Shown here: in pieces, positions 10,101 to 20,896 of the stretch
Layout: each line of letters begins with the position of its first letter
Position numbering within the stretch: position 1 is the stretch's first letter
Sequence record: DRR378314_1390
Length of the DNA: 38,161 bases
Reading direction: 5' to 3' (one strand)
Position numbers and translations under genes: made by a program
Notes under the pieces: generated by a model
Told to the model about the DNA's origin: nothing
The model's database searches: none
The model's input: only the letters and a program-made list of their open reading frames with translations

Positions 10101-10128
10101 CGTATTCAACGGACCAGGAAGCGACACC

Positions 10129-11064
10129 GTGCGACTTGTTTTTGCCGGCACTCCCGATTTCGCCGCAACCGCGCTGAAGGCGTTGCTTGCGACCCATCAC
10201 CAGGTGGTTGGCGTCTACTCCCAGCCCGATCGGCCCGCCGGCCGCGGCCGCAAACTGACACCCAGCCCGGTCAAAGCGGTTGCCCTTGAGGCAGGTATTC
10301 CCGTTTTCCAGCCGCAGTCCCTGAAAACAGCCGAGGCACAGCAAGAGCTGCGTACACTGGACGCGGATGTCATGATCGTAGCGGCCTACGGCCTGATCCT
10401 GCCACAGGCCGTGCTGGACACTCCACGACACGGCTGCCTCAATATCCACGCCTCGCTGCTGCCACGCTGGCGTGGCGCCGCCCCGATTCAGCGTGCGATT
10501 GCAGCGGGTGACCGGGAAACCGGCATCACCATCATGCAAATGGACGCTGGCCTGGACACAGGCGCGATGTTGATGAAAGCCGTTACCCCGATTGAAGGCG
10601 AGGATACCGGTGGCAGCCTTCATGATCGGCTGGCAGACCTCGGTGGCGACACCATCGTCAAGGCCCTGGAGCAACTCGAAAAAGGCGAGCTCAAGGGCGA
10701 CGTACAGGACGACACCAGAGCCTGCTACGCCAGCAAACTCTCCAAGGACGAGGGCCACATCGACTGGACCCTGGATGCGACCGCCATCGGCCGGCTGATT
10801 CGCGCTTTTAACCCCTGGCCAGGCACCTACACCGATCTGGAGGACCTGCGCATCCGCATCCATCAGGCAGAGGTGCTGGACGACACCAGCGACAAGCACC
10901 CGGGCACCGTCATACGCCGCAGCCGCGAAGGCGCCGACATTGCCTGCGGCCTGGAATCCCTGAGGATCACCCGTTTGCAGTTGGCCGGTTCGCGGCCCCA
11001 ATCGGTCAACGACCTGATCAACGGCGGCAAGGATATCCTGATGCCCGGCCAGGAGCTGAACTGA
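10129..11064 (+). CDS. fmt: Methionyl-tRNA formyltransferase
   Basis: FAGTPDFA, QPDRPAGRG, NIHASLLPRWRGAAPIQR and GLDTG motifs. GTG start. Confidence 0.97.
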   Translation: MRLVFAGTPDFAATALKALLATHHQVVGVYSQPDRPAGRGRKLTPSPVKAVALEAGIPVFQPQSLKTAEAQQELRTLDADVMIVAAYGLILPQAVLDTPRHGCLNIHASLLPRWRGAAPIQRAIAAGDRETGITIMQMDAGLDTGAMLMKAVTPIEGEDTGGSLHDRLADLGGDTIVKALEQLEKGELKGDVQDDTRACYASKLSKDEGHIDWTLDATAIGRLIRAFNPWPGTYTDLEDLRIRIHQAEVLDDTSDKHPGTVIRRSREGADIACGLESLRITRLQLAGSRPQSVNDLINGGKDILMPGQELN

Positions 11065-12366
11065 ATGAGCCAGCTGGGCCAGCCAATGCGGGCGGTGGCG
11101 GCCCGTGTCTTGCTGAATGTTGAGAACGGACAGTCACTGTCCCAATGCCTGCCCCCCGCCCTGGGCGACGTTAGCGATTCGGAGCGGCCGTCGCTCCAGG
11201 CACTTTGTTACGGCACCTGCCGCTGGTTTCACCGGCTCGATAGCGAATTGCAGGCACGCCTGAAAAAGCCGCTGCGCAAACCGGACCGAGTCGTCCACCA
11301 CCTGATGCTGGTGGCACTGTTCCAGCTTCGTTTCAGCCAGCAGGCCACCTACGCGATTCTGAATGAAACCGTGGAAGCCTGCCGCGCCCTCGACAAACCG
11401 CATCTCACAGGGCTGGTCAATGGCCTGTTGCGGGCCTCGGAGCGGGAAGGGGAGCCAACTCTGGCAGACGAGGCAGCGCGTTTCAGTCATCCCCACTGGA
11501 TGCTGGAGAAGCTGCGCCACAACTGGCCCCACGACTGGCAGGCGATCCTTGATGCCAATAACACCCAGGCACCCATGACTCTGAGGGTGAACGCCCTTCG
11601 ATTCAGCCGCGACGATTACCTCCGTCAGTTGGCCGACGCCGGCATCGACGCCACGGCCACCCTGTTTGCGCCCCATGGCATCCAGCTGGCTACGCCCGTG
11701 CCAGTAGAGCACCTGCCGTGGTTTGCCGATGGCGCGGTCAGCGTTCAGGACGAGGCGGCCCAACTTTGTACCACCCTGATGGATCTGGCCCCCGGCCAGC
11801 GCGTGCTGGATGCCTGTGCTGCGCCGGGAGGCAAAACCTGCGCTATCCTTGAAAGCTGCGGGCAACTGGAGGAAGTCGTCGCCATCGATGAATCCGCCGA
11901 TCGACTGCCAAGGGTTCAGGAAAACCTGGAGCGGCTGGACCTCGTAGCCACCCTGAAACAGGCCGATGCCGCGGATATCGACCAGTGGTGGGACCAGAAG
12001 CCATTCGATCGTATCCTGCTGGACGTTCCCTGCAGCGCCACCGGTGTGATTCGTCGGCATCCGGACATCAAACTTCTGCGCCGGGAGTCCGATATCATTC
12101 CCCTGGCGGGTATTCAGCTGGGCCTGTTGAAGGCCATGTGGCGAGTGCTCGCGCCCGGCGGGCGGCTGGTGTATGCCACCTGTTCGGTGTTTCCGCAGGA
12201 AAATCACCGTATAATCCGTCGATTCCTGAAGCAGCAGGTGGACGCCGCTCTGGTGGAGCCCGACGTACTTTGGGGGCGCGATATGGAAACCGGCCGCCAG
12301 ATGCTTCCCGTTCCTGAAGGCCACGATGGATTTTTCTACGCTGTGCTGGAGAAACCCGAACCATGA
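11065..12366 (+). CDS. rsmB: 16S rRNA m5C967 methyltransferase
   Basis: NusB-like N-terminus, then [33 protein letters not shown] and YATCS motifs. Confidence 0.95.
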   Translation: MSQLGQPMRAVAARVLLNVENGQSLSQCLPPALGDVSDSERPSLQALCYGTCRWFHRLDSELQARLKKPLRKPDRVVHHLMLVALFQLRFSQQATYAILNETVEACRALDKPHLTGLVNGLLRASEREGEPTLADEAARFSHPHWMLEKLRHNWPHDWQAILDANNTQAPMTLRVNALRFSRDDYLRQLADAGIDATATLFAPHGIQLATPVPVEHLPWFADGAVSVQDEAAQLCTTLMDLAPGQRVLDACAAPGGKTCAILESCGQLEEVVAIDESADRLPRVQENLERLDLVATLKQADAADIDQWWDQKPFDRILLDVPCSATGVIRRHPDIKLLRRESDIIPLAGIQLGLLKAMWRVLAPGGRLVYATCSVFPQENHRIIRRFLKQQVDAALVEPDVLWGRDMETGRQMLPVPEGHDGFFYAVLEKPEP

Positions 12367-13766
12367 AAATCCTGATTCTCGGTGCCGGCCAGGTGGGCGG
12401 GACCCTCGCGGAAAACCTTGCCAACGAAGCCAACGATATCACCGTGATCGACAGTGACAGCACCCGCTTGCGGGAGCTTCAGGATCGACTGGATATCCGG
12501 ACCGTCCAAGGCATGGCTTCCTTCCCCACGGTTCTGCGCCAGGCAGGCGCTGAAGATGGTGACATGGTCATCGCCGTGACCAACAGTGATGAAGTCAACA
12601 TGGTGGCCTGCCAGGTCTCCAAGCTGTTATACAAAACCCCGACCACCATCTGCCGGGTCAGAGCCAATGCCTACCTGGCAAAGCCAGAGCTGTTTTATCA
12701 GCGGGATCAGAAAAAGGATCTGGACAGCCTGCGGGGCTTTCCCATCGATGTTCTGATCAGCCCGGAGCACCTTGTCACCAAACACATTACACGACTGATC
12801 GAATACCCCGGCGCGCTGCAGGTACTGGAATTTTCCAAGGGGCTTGTTCAATTGGTCGCCATTCGGGCTACGGAAGGCGGCCCACTGGTTGGCCGCGAGC
12901 TGTCGTACCTGCGTAGCCATATGCCCAAAATCGAGACACGGGTAGCCGCCATTTTCAGGAAGGACAGGGCGATCATGCCTCAGGGCAACACGGTGATCGA
13001 AGACGGTGACGAGGTGTTCTTTATCGCCGCCTCCGACCATATCCGCTCAGTGATGAGCGAGCTGCAACCGCTGGAAAAACCCTATAAGCGCATCTTCATC
13101 TGTGGCGGTGGCAACATTGGCCAGCGACTGGCCCATACCCTGGAGCCCCGCTACCAGGTCAAGCTGCTGGAACGGGACCACGAACGCTGCGTGATGCTGT
13201 CCGAAAACCTGCGTAAAACCGTGGTTCTGGAAGGCAACGCCGCCAACAAGGACATTCTGTTGGAAGAAAACATCGAGAACACCGATGTTTTCTGCGCCGT
13301 CACCAATGATGACGAAGCCAACATCATGGCGTCGCTGCTTGCCAAACGCCTGGGTGCCCGCAAGGTGTTGACGCTCATTAACAACCCTGACTACGTCGAC
13401 CTGATTCAGGGTGGCGACATTGACGTGGCCATTTCGCCGCAGCAAACCACCATTGGCAGCCTGCTTACACACGTGCGCCGTGGAGACGTAGTAAACGTTC
13501 ACTCACTTCGCAGAGGCGCTGCCGAGGCCATCGAGGCCATCGCCCACGGCGACCACCGGTCCTCCCGGGTGGTGGGAAAGCGGCTTGATGAGATCAACCT
13601 GCCGGAAGGCACCACCATCGGCGCCATCGTCCGCCACAGTGAAGTTCTCATCGCCCATGACCACTTGCGGGTACAACCGGATGACCACGTTATCCTGTTC
13701 CTGGTGGACAAGTCGCGGATACGGGATGTGGAGAAACTGTTCCAGGTGGGGCTGACGTTCTTCTAG
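12363..13766 (+). CDS. trkA: Trk system potassium uptake NAD-binding protein
   Basis: Two RCK domains ([16 protein letters not shown]) and the [17 protein letters not shown] motif. Confidence 0.96.
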   Translation: MKILILGAGQVGGTLAENLANEANDITVIDSDSTRLRELQDRLDIRTVQGMASFPTVLRQAGAEDGDMVIAVTNSDEVNMVACQVSKLLYKTPTTICRVRANAYLAKPELFYQRDQKKDLDSLRGFPIDVLISPEHLVTKHITRLIEYPGALQVLEFSKGLVQLVAIRATEGGPLVGRELSYLRSHMPKIETRVAAIFRKDRAIMPQGNTVIEDGDEVFFIAASDHIRSVMSELQPLEKPYKRIFICGGGNIGQRLAHTLEPRYQVKLLERDHERCVMLSENLRKTVVLEGNAANKDILLEENIENTDVFCAVTNDDEANIMASLLAKRLGARKVLTLINNPDYVDLIQGGDIDVAISPQQTTIGSLLTHVRRGDVVNVHSLRRGAAEAIEAIAHGDHRSSRVVGKRLDEINLPEGTTIGAIVRHSEVLIAHDHLRVQPDDHVILFLVDKSRIRDVEKLFQVGLTFF

Positions 13767-13792
13767 CGCACTATCAATCCCGTGAACCCAAC

Positions 13793-13827
13793 TTAGAAAT
13801 ACGCGATTGGCAGGCGTATAATGCCCC
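13793..13827 (+). promoter_or_regulatory. Putative sigma70 promoter of glyQS
   Basis: Perfect TATAAT at 13817-13822 followed by a GC-rich discriminator. The -35 is weak. Confidence 0.5.
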
Positions 13828-13893
13828 TTTTTTACGGAGTGCCCCGGCCAGATGCCCGGGCGCCACACACAGACTGACCAGCAGGCAAACGTC

Positions 13894-14919
13894 GTGACAG
13901 ACAAGGCAACTTCCGAAAACACGCCGGACATCAAAACCTTCCAGGGCCTGATCCTCGCCCTGCAGAACTTCTGGGCGCAGCATGGCTGCGTGGTCCTCCA
14001 GCCACTGGATATGGAAGTGGGCGCCGGTACCTTCCACCCGGCCACCTTCCTGCGCTCCATCGGCCCGGAAACCTGGAACGCTGCCTACGTTCAGCCAAGC
14101 CGCCGTCCCACTGACGGCCGCTACGGTGAGAACCCCAACCGCCTGCAACACTACTATCAGTTCCAGGTGGTGCTGAAACCGTCTCCGGACAACATTCAGG
14201 AACTTTACCTGGATTCCCTGAAAGCCCTGGGCCTGGACCCACTGGTACACGATATCCGTTTTGTGGAAGACAACTGGGAATCGCCTACGCTCGGCGCCTG
14301 GGGCCTGGGTTGGGAAATCTGGCTCAACGGCATGGAAGTCACCCAGTTCACCTACTTCCAGCAGGTGGGTGGCCTGGAATGTTACCCGGTCACTGGCGAA
14401 CTCACCTATGGGCTTGAACGCATCGCCATGTACCTGCAGGGCGTGGACAGTGTCTACGACCTGGTGTGGACCCAAGGCCCCGATGGTGTGGTCACCTACG
14501 GCGACGTGTTCCATCAGCAGGAGGTGGAGATGTCCACCTACAACTTCGAGCACGCAGACACCGAGTTCCTGTTCCACAGCTTCGATGTGCACGAACGCGA
14601 GAGTGCACGCCTGATCGAAGCCGGCCTGGCATTGCCCGCCTATGAGCAAGTACTCAAGGCATCACACACTTTCAACCTGCTTGACGCCCGCCACGCCATC
14701 TCCGTGACCGAGCGCCAACGTTTTATCCTGCGGGTTCGCACCCTGGCCCGGGCTGTTGCCCAGGCGTATTTCGACAGTCGCCGCAAACTTGGCTTCCCGC
14801 TGGCACCGGATGCCCTGCGCAAAGAGGTACTGGCAGCGACCGAGGCCGCCGCCGAAAAGGCGAACGGCAAGAAGGGTAAGAAAGCGAAAAAAGCTCAGCA
14901 GGAACAGGGGAACGCATAA
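13894..14919 (+). CDS. glyQ: Glycine-tRNA ligase alpha subunit
   Basis: [38 protein letters not shown] and TYGLER motifs. GTG 13894 chosen as the likely start. Confidence 0.96.
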   Translation: MTDKATSENTPDIKTFQGLILALQNFWAQHGCVVLQPLDMEVGAGTFHPATFLRSIGPETWNAAYVQPSRRPTDGRYGENPNRLQHYYQFQVVLKPSPDNIQELYLDSLKALGLDPLVHDIRFVEDNWESPTLGAWGLGWEIWLNGMEVTQFTYFQQVGGLECYPVTGELTYGLERIAMYLQGVDSVYDLVWTQGPDGVVTYGDVFHQQEVEMSTYNFEHADTEFLFHSFDVHERESARLIEAGLALPAYEQVLKASHTFNLLDARHAISVTERQRFILRVRTLARAVAQAYFDSRRKLGFPLAPDALRKEVLAATEAAAEKANGKKGKKAKKAQQEQGNA

Positions 14920-14921
14920 TC

Positions 14922-17009
14922 ATGGCAACACAGGATTTTCTGGTCGAACTGGGCACTGAAGAGCTGCCTCCCAAGGCCCTCAAGCCACTGTCGGACGCGT
15001 TTACCCGTGGCATTACCAATGGCCTGGAAGAGGCCGGTATTCGATTCGGCAAAGTGGAGGCGTTTGCTGCACCACGCCGGCTTGCCGTCAGGGTACGGGA
15101 CCTGGAAGACGCCCAACCGGACAAACCGGTGGAAAAGCGCGGCCCGGCCGTGAAAGCCGCGTTCGACGACTCCGGCAACCCCACCCGGGCACTGACGGGC
15201 TTCGCCACCTCTCTGGGCGTGACCCCGGACCAACTCGACACCATGGAAACCGACAAGGGCGCCTGGGTGGTCTATCGCACCATCGAGAAGGGTCGCCCTA
15301 CCGTCGAACTGATGCCGGAACTGGTGGACCAGTCCCTGGCCGCCCTGCCAATTCCCAAACGCATGCGCTGGGGTGCACACCGCACGGAGTTCGTACGCCC
15401 GGTACACTGGGCCATCCTGCTGTTCGGCAACAAGGTAATCGACACCCCGATCATGGGGCTGACTCCGGGGAACAAGACCCGCGGCCACCGTTTCCACTGT
15501 CCGAAATCGTTGATCGTGCCCACACCGGGTGACTACGAAGTGGTGCTGCGTCAGGAAGGGTATGTGATCGCTGACTTCGCCGAGCGCCGCGAGCAGATCC
15601 GTGACGGCGTCACCGCCATCGCCAAGAAGGAAGCGGGCGGACAGGCGGTTATCGATGAAGACCTGCTCGACGAAGTGACCGCCCTCAACGAGTGGCCCGT
15701 GCCTCTCATGGGCCGTTTCGAGGAGCGCTTCCTGGAAGTTCCCGCCGAAGCGCTGATTTCCTCCATGAAGGAGCACCAGAAATATTTTCACGTGGTCTCC
15801 GCTGACGGCCGGATGCTTCCGCTGTTCATCACCGTCGCCAACCTGGAAAGCAAAGACCCGGAACAGGTGGTTTCCGGCAACGAGAAGGTCATACGTCCAC
15901 GTCTGTCCGATGCAGCGTTCTTCTATGACACCGACCGAAAGACCAGGCTCGAGGACCGCATCGACCAGCTCAAGCCGATCGTGTTCCAGGAAAAGCTGGG
16001 CAGCCTTTACGACAAGTCCGTGCGGGTCGCCGCACTGGCAAAGAAGATCGCCGACGCCATTGGTAGCGATCCCGTTCTGGCCGAGCGCGCTGCGATGCTC
16101 GCCAAGACCGACCTGGTCACCGAGATGGTGCTGGAGTTCACGGACCTGCAGGGCATCATGGGCCAGTACTACGCCGCCAACGACGGTGAAAACGAGGATG
16201 TGGCCAGCGCTTTGAACGAGCAGTACATGCCCCGCTTTGCCGGTGACGATCTGCCCGCAACACTGACCGGCTGCGCCGTGGCCATTGCCGACCGCATCGA
16301 TTCGCTGGTGGGGCTGTTCGGCATCAACCAGCCACCGTCCGGTACCCGTGACCCCTTCGGCCTGCGTCGGGCTTCCCTGGGCGTCTTGCGCATCGTCATC
16401 GAGCGGGAGCTGCCACTGGACCTGCAAACCCTGTGCGAATGGGCAGAAGCGGAACACAGCAGCATCACCGAACCGAATGTGGCCAACACGGTGGTGGACT
16501 ACATGCTGGAGCGTTTCCGCGCCCACTATGAAGAGCAGGGCATCAGTGCCGAAGTCTACCTCGCTGTGCACGCCCGTCGTCCTACCCGCCCGCTGGACTT
16601 CGACCGCCGGGTGAAGGCCGTGGAAGCCTTCCGGCAGCTGCCGGAAGCCCTGGCTCTGGCCGGTGCCAACAAACGGGTGTCCAACATCCTCACCAAACAG
16701 GGTGGCGACAGCATTGGCGAGACCATCGACAGCGAGTTGCTGCAGGACAAGGCTGAAATAACGCTGGCTGACCAGATTCGCCAGCAGGCCGACAAGGCAC
16801 TGCCGCTGTTTGAAAAAGGCGACTACGCCACCGCCCTGACCTCCCTCGCCAGCCTGCGGGAGCCGGTGGATAACTTCTTCGATGAAGTCATGGTGATGGC
16901 CGACGACGAGGCCGTGCGTAACAACCGCCTGGCCATGCTCAACCTGCTAAGAAACCTGTTCCTGCGGGTGGCGGACATCTCGGTATTGCCCACTGCCAGT
17001 GGGCAGTGA
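14922..17009 (+). CDS. glyS: Glycine-tRNA ligase beta subunit
   Basis: [30 protein letters not shown] and DPFGLRR motifs. Confidence 0.97.
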   Translation: MATQDFLVELGTEELPPKALKPLSDAFTRGITNGLEEAGIRFGKVEAFAAPRRLAVRVRDLEDAQPDKPVEKRGPAVKAAFDDSGNPTRALTGFATSLGVTPDQLDTMETDKGAWVVYRTIEKGRPTVELMPELVDQSLAALPIPKRMRWGAHRTEFVRPVHWAILLFGNKVIDTPIMGLTPGNKTRGHRFHCPKSLIVPTPGDYEVVLRQEGYVIADFAERREQIRDGVTAIAKKEAGGQAVIDEDLLDEVTALNEWPVPLMGRFEERFLEVPAEALISSMKEHQKYFHVVSADGRMLPLFITVANLESKDPEQVVSGNEKVIRPRLSDAAFFYDTDRKTRLEDRIDQLKPIVFQEKLGSLYDKSVRVAALAKKIADAIGSDPVLAERAAMLAKTDLVTEMVLEFTDLQGIMGQYYAANDGENEDVASALNEQYMPRFAGDDLPATLTGCAVAIADRIDSLVGLFGINQPPSGTRDPFGLRRASLGVLRIVIERELPLDLQTLCEWAEAEHSSITEPNVANTVVDYMLERFRAHYEEQGISAEVYLAVHARRPTRPLDFDRRVKAVEAFRQLPEALALAGANKRVSNILTKQGGDSIGETIDSELLQDKAEITLADQIRQQADKALPLFEKGDYATALTSLASLREPVDNFFDEVMVMADDEAVRNNRLAMLNLLRNLFLRVADISVLPTASGQ

Positions 17010-17046
17010 AAATCATACGGGGGCTGGTAAATAACCAGCCAATCCG

Positions 17047-17065
17047 TATAATACCGGCCGTTGAT
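17047..17065 (+). promoter_or_regulatory. -10 element and GC-rich discriminator of the tRNA promoter
   Basis: TATAAT at 17047-17052 followed by ACCGGCCG, just upstream of the tRNA. Confidence 0.55.
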
Positions 17066-17142
<77 letters not shown>

Positions 17143-17207
17143 TTTTCCCGCTTTTGCCCCCTGTCCCTTGCAACAGCTCTCCTAACTATCTGATTTATTT
17201 CCTGCAA

Positions 17208-17241
17208 CTGACATAAAGCTTTAACAAAGGACATGTACAAC
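17208..17241 (+). promoter_or_regulatory. Putative Pho box plus -10 element
   Basis: CTGACAT-AAAG-CTTTAAC matches the consensus CTGTCAT-AWAW-CTGTMAY at 15/18. TACAAC follows exactly 10 nt downstream. Confidence 0.6.
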
Positions 17242-17270
17242 GGTGCTCTCATCCCAACGGAGCAGCAGTA

Positions 17271-18851
17271 ATGTCCGACCAATCCTCCCTTTTGGTAGAG
17301 AAGCTCTGGCGACTCAAACGCCGGATCGACAAGGGCCAGTGCCCCGGCGTCGACTTTGTCCATCTCAACGTCTTGTTAAGAGAGCCCAATTACCGCGACG
17401 ACGTGCTCAAGCGTGTGGAGGCCAACGGCACGCCCGAACTTCAGGCGCTGGCGCGCGAGATCATGGCAAACGATGACGGCCGTCCGCTGATGGCCAAATC
17501 ATCGAACCAGAAGCTCCAGGCCAGCCCCGTCACGCCCCAGAAAAAACGCAGTTGGTTTTCCCGCCACGCACTGGTACTGGTCCCCGTCATTGGCACGGTT
17601 GTCGCGACGGTCGCCGGCTTTACCGCATTCGAAAACCGTAACGTTCGTATCAGCGCCGACATTACCGCAGACACCGTCTGGGAAAGCGGTCACCGATACA
17701 CCCTTGAAAAGACGGTGTTTGTGGAAGGCGCGAACCTGACCATCGAACCCGGTGTAACCATTGAAGGCGAACCAGGCGCCGCCCTGATCGTAACGCCCAG
17801 TGCCAAACTGTTTGCTCGCGGCAGCCGGAACCAGCCGGTGGTTTTCACCAGCAGCAAGGAACCGGGCCAACGGGCTCGCGGTGACTGGGGTGGTGTAGTC
17901 CTGTTGGGCAAGGCGCCGGTGAACGAGCCCAGCGCGCGGATTGAAGGTGTGCCTGAAAACGATACCCGGGGGCAATTCGGAGGCAGCGACAAGCAACACA
18001 GCTGCGGCGTTGTGCAATACACTCGCATTGAATTTGCCGGTTTCGAGGTCTATCAGAATAACGAGCTGAACGGGTTGACCCTGGGCGGCTGTGGCTCAAA
18101 CACCATCATCCAGAACGTTCAGGTTCACCGCGCACTGGACGATGGCATCGAGATGTTCGGTGGCACCGTTGATCTGAAAAATATCCTGGTGACCGGCGCC
18201 GGCGATGACTCCATTGATTGGGACTGGGGCTGGAGGGGCCGGGTACAGTTTGCCATTATCCAGCAGCACCGGGATGTTGGCGACAACGCTTTTGAGGGCG
18301 ACAACAACGGTTCCCGTCACTCGGCCGTGCCACGCTCTGAACCCACATTCTACAACGTCACCCTCTATGGCAGCGGCCGTTCAGCGAAGGAACACCGCGC
18401 CATTCTGCTCAGGGAAGGCTCCGGCGGCCACTTTCACAACATGATCATAGACAGTTTCGCCATTGAAGCCCTGGATACCAGGGACGAGGTCACCGCGCTG
18501 GTCGGTATGAATGCCTTAACGTTCAGCCACAATCTGCTCGCCAACAACGGCAGGCTTGGCAACCTCAACATCGTCAATGAAGCAGACGATGATGACTTCG
18601 GGTTCAACGAGGAGTTGTGGATACGAAGCCCCGAACAGCACAACGCCGTTCAGGTTGAAACCGGGCTGCAACCGTCCATCAGCAGCGAATCTTCACCCCA
18701 TTTCCGTCCCAGGAGTGCCACCGGTTCGATGGCGGCAAAGCGCCCGCCGAAGAGCGAATTCTTCGACGAATCGGCGATGTATCAGGGCGCTGTAAACCCC
18801 AGGGCAACCTCAACCTGGCTCGAAGGGTGGGTCGCGTTTCCGGATGCCTGA
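17271..18851 (+). CDS. Bitopic membrane protein with extracytoplasmic right-handed beta-helix-like domain, function unknown
   Basis: About 95-aa charged N-terminus and one TM (ALVLVPVIGTVVATVAGF). Then motifs GDWGGVVLLG, NELNGLTLGGCGS and DDGIEMFGG of a widespread uncharacterised secreted family. GGAG SD present. Confidence 0.75.
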   Translation: MSDQSSLLVEKLWRLKRRIDKGQCPGVDFVHLNVLLREPNYRDDVLKRVEANGTPELQALAREIMANDDGRPLMAKSSNQKLQASPVTPQKKRSWFSRHALVLVPVIGTVVATVAGFTAFENRNVRISADITADTVWESGHRYTLEKTVFVEGANLTIEPGVTIEGEPGAALIVTPSAKLFARGSRNQPVVFTSSKEPGQRARGDWGGVVLLGKAPVNEPSARIEGVPENDTRGQFGGSDKQHSCGVVQYTRIEFAGFEVYQNNELNGLTLGGCGSNTIIQNVQVHRALDDGIEMFGGTVDLKNILVTGAGDDSIDWDWGWRGRVQFAIIQQHRDVGDNAFEGDNNGSRHSAVPRSEPTFYNVTLYGSGRSAKEHRAILLREGSGGHFHNMIIDSFAIEALDTRDEVTALVGMNALTFSHNLLANNGRLGNLNIVNEADDDDFGFNEELWIRSPEQHNAVQVETGLQPSISSESSPHFRPRSATGSMAAKRPPKSEFFDESAMYQGAVNPRATSTWLEGWVAFPDA

Positions 18852-18860
18852 CGGGGCGGG

Positions 18861-20663
18861 CTAGGCCTCACGATCGTCACCACGTCGATGCTGCTGTTCC
18901 CACAGGTGAGCGTAATGCCCTCCCAGGGCCAACAGCTCGGTGTGGTGCCCGCTTTCAACAATACGGCCGCCGTCCATCACCAGTATGGTATTGGCATCCC
19001 GCGTGGTGGACAGACGGTGTGCGATCACCAAGGTGGTGCGCTGGCGGCTGACTTCCTTCAATGCGGCCAGAATGGCCTGTTCCGACAGCGAATCCAGGGA
19101 GGAGGTGGCTTCGTCAAGGATCAGCAGCGGCGGATTCTTGAGAATCACCCGGGCAATCGCCACCCGCTGCTTCTCACCGCCGGAGAGTTTCAGGCCCCGT
19201 TCCCCCACTTGTGTATCGTAGCCGTCGGGCAAGCTGTGGATAAAGTGGTCCAGATGTGCCATTCGAGCCGCCTGGTAGACCTCTTCTTTACTGGCATCGG
19301 GCCGACCGTAGGCCAGGTTGCGAAAGAGCGTATCGTTGAAAAGCACCGTGTCCTGAGGCACTACGCCAATCGCGGAACGCAGGCTGTCCTGGGTAACGTC
19401 ACGGATATCCTGGCCATCAATGCGAATGCAACCCTGATTGACGTCGTAGAACCGGAAAAGCAGGCGGGCGAGCGTGGATTTTCCCGCGCCGCTGGCGCCC
19501 ACCACCGCTACGGTGTGCCCAGCTGGAATGGTAAAGCCAACGTCCTGGAGGATCTGCCGATCCGGGCGATAGGCAAAGTGCACGTGGTCGAAGTGAACGT
19601 CGCCTTTCTCGACCACCAGAGCTCTGGCGCCCGGTGCGTCCTCGATGACCGGTTCATCGCCAAGCAATCCGAATAATCGTTCCACGTTCACCAGTGCCTG
19701 ACGGATTTCACGGTACACGAATCCCAGGGCGTTCAGCGGGATAAACAGTTGCAGCAGGTAGGCGTTGATCATGGTGAAATCCCCCAGGGTAATCTCACCA
19801 CTGGCCACTTCCTGCACCGCCATCGCCATGATGACGATCATCGCCACGCCGATGATGAGGGCCTGGCCCGAGTTCAGAGCCGCCAGTGACAACCGGTTTT
19901 TGAGCCGTGCCTGTTCCCAGTCGTCTAGGTCCCGGTCATAGAGCTCTGCCTCGAAACGCTCGTTATTGAAATACTTGACCGTCTCGTAGTTGAGCAGGCT
20001 ATCTACGGCACGGGAGTTTGACTGGTTGTCCCGGGCGTTCGCTTCCCGCACGTATTTCGTGCGCCATTCAGTAACCTTGATGGAAAACACCACGTACACC
20101 ACCACCGCCACCAGAATCGCCAGCACGTAGCCCACGTTAAACACCACGAAGAGGATGCCGGCCACCAACAGGATTTCCAGCAAGGTGGGCACAATGTTGA
20201 ACAGGGTGAATCGCAACAGAAAGCTGATGCCATTGGTACCCCGTTCAATATCGCGGGCCAGGCCACCGGTTTTCCGGTCCAGGTGAAAAGCCAGCTCCCG
20301 GTTGTGCAGATGTTCGAAGACCCGCAGCGACACCCGCCGCATGGCGCGTTCCGCGACTCGGGCGAATACCGCGTCCCGAAGTTCGCTGAACAGGGTGCTA
20401 CCAAACCGGAGCAGGCCATAGGCAACCACCAATAAGACCGGAATCCATAACAGCACCTCGCCACCCCGGTTTTCGTCCAGATAGTCGACGATGTATTTCA
20501 GCGCTACCGGAGTGGCAACCGTTGCAAGTTTGGAGAACACCAGAAAGCCCAGTGCCAGGAATACACGGCCCCGAAATTCCGCCAGGTAGGGCCACAGGCC
20601 GGCTATGACTTTCCAGTCGGGTTTGTGGTTGGCGGGGTACTCGTTGTCAGCGTAGGCGCGCAC
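18861..20663 (-). CDS. Atm1/ABCB7-type ABC exporter (fused TMD-NBD)
   Basis: FHLDRKTGGLARDIERG, DSLLNYETVKYF and PLNALGFVYRE motifs, Walker A GASGAGKST and LSGGEKQR. Confidence 0.9.
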   Translation of the reverse strand: MRAYADNEYPANHKPDWKVIAGLWPYLAEFRGRVFLALGFLVFSKLATVATPVALKYIVDYLDENRGGEVLLWIPVLLVVAYGLLRFGSTLFSELRDAVFARVAERAMRRVSLRVFEHLHNRELAFHLDRKTGGLARDIERGTNGISFLLRFTLFNIVPTLLEILLVAGILFVVFNVGYVLAILVAVVVYVVFSIKVTEWRTKYVREANARDNQSNSRAVDSLLNYETVKYFNNERFEAELYDRDLDDWEQARLKNRLSLAALNSGQALIIGVAMIVIMAMAVQEVASGEITLGDFTMINAYLLQLFIPLNALGFVYREIRQALVNVERLFGLLGDEPVIEDAPGARALVVEKGDVHFDHVHFAYRPDRQILQDVGFTIPAGHTVAVVGASGAGKSTLARLLFRFYDVNQGCIRIDGQDIRDVTQDSLRSAIGVVPQDTVLFNDTLFRNLAYGRPDASKEEVYQAARMAHLDHFIHSLPDGYDTQVGERGLKLSGGEKQRVAIARVILKNPPLLILDEATSSLDSLSEQAILAALKEVSRQRTTLVIAHRLSTTRDANTILVMDGGRIVESGHHTELLALGGHYAHLWEQQHRRGDDREA

Positions 20664-20692
20664 TCGGGTTTCCCTTCAATAACGGAGTAGTC

Positions 20693-20810
20693 GAGCGCAC
20701 AGGGTGGGACTTGTCTGCCAGGACACGCTGTAAATACGTCCCTGTACGCTCGACAAAAGCCATCCATGGCTTTTGACGGTCCTGGCAGACAAGTCCCACC
20801 CCGCGCGCTC
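20693..20810. repeat. 118-bp hairpin element (MITE/REP-like) with 32-bp terminal inverted repeats
   Basis: Arms 20693-20724 and 20779-20810 match at 30/32. Inner stem CAAAAGCCAT-CC-ATGGCTTTTG. Confidence 0.85.
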
Positions 20811-20896
20811 TTACGTAGCTGTATGATAGGTTCTAATACGAGTAAAAACCGTATTGTTATCGGAGTTTACAGCACCCCTTACCCTGGAGGCACACC

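Noticed and set aside
14895..16571. 558-aa antisense ORF over glyS, and similar long shadow ORFs at 9766-11001, 11134-12324, 22403-24112 and 28103-28993
   Set aside because: They lie opposite well-conserved genes and carry no recognisable motifs. Such ORFs are expected from high-GC codon bias.
20693..20810. CRISPR array or autonomous IS
   Set aside because: It is a single inverted-repeat unit with no repeat-spacer periodicity, and there are no cas or transposase genes.
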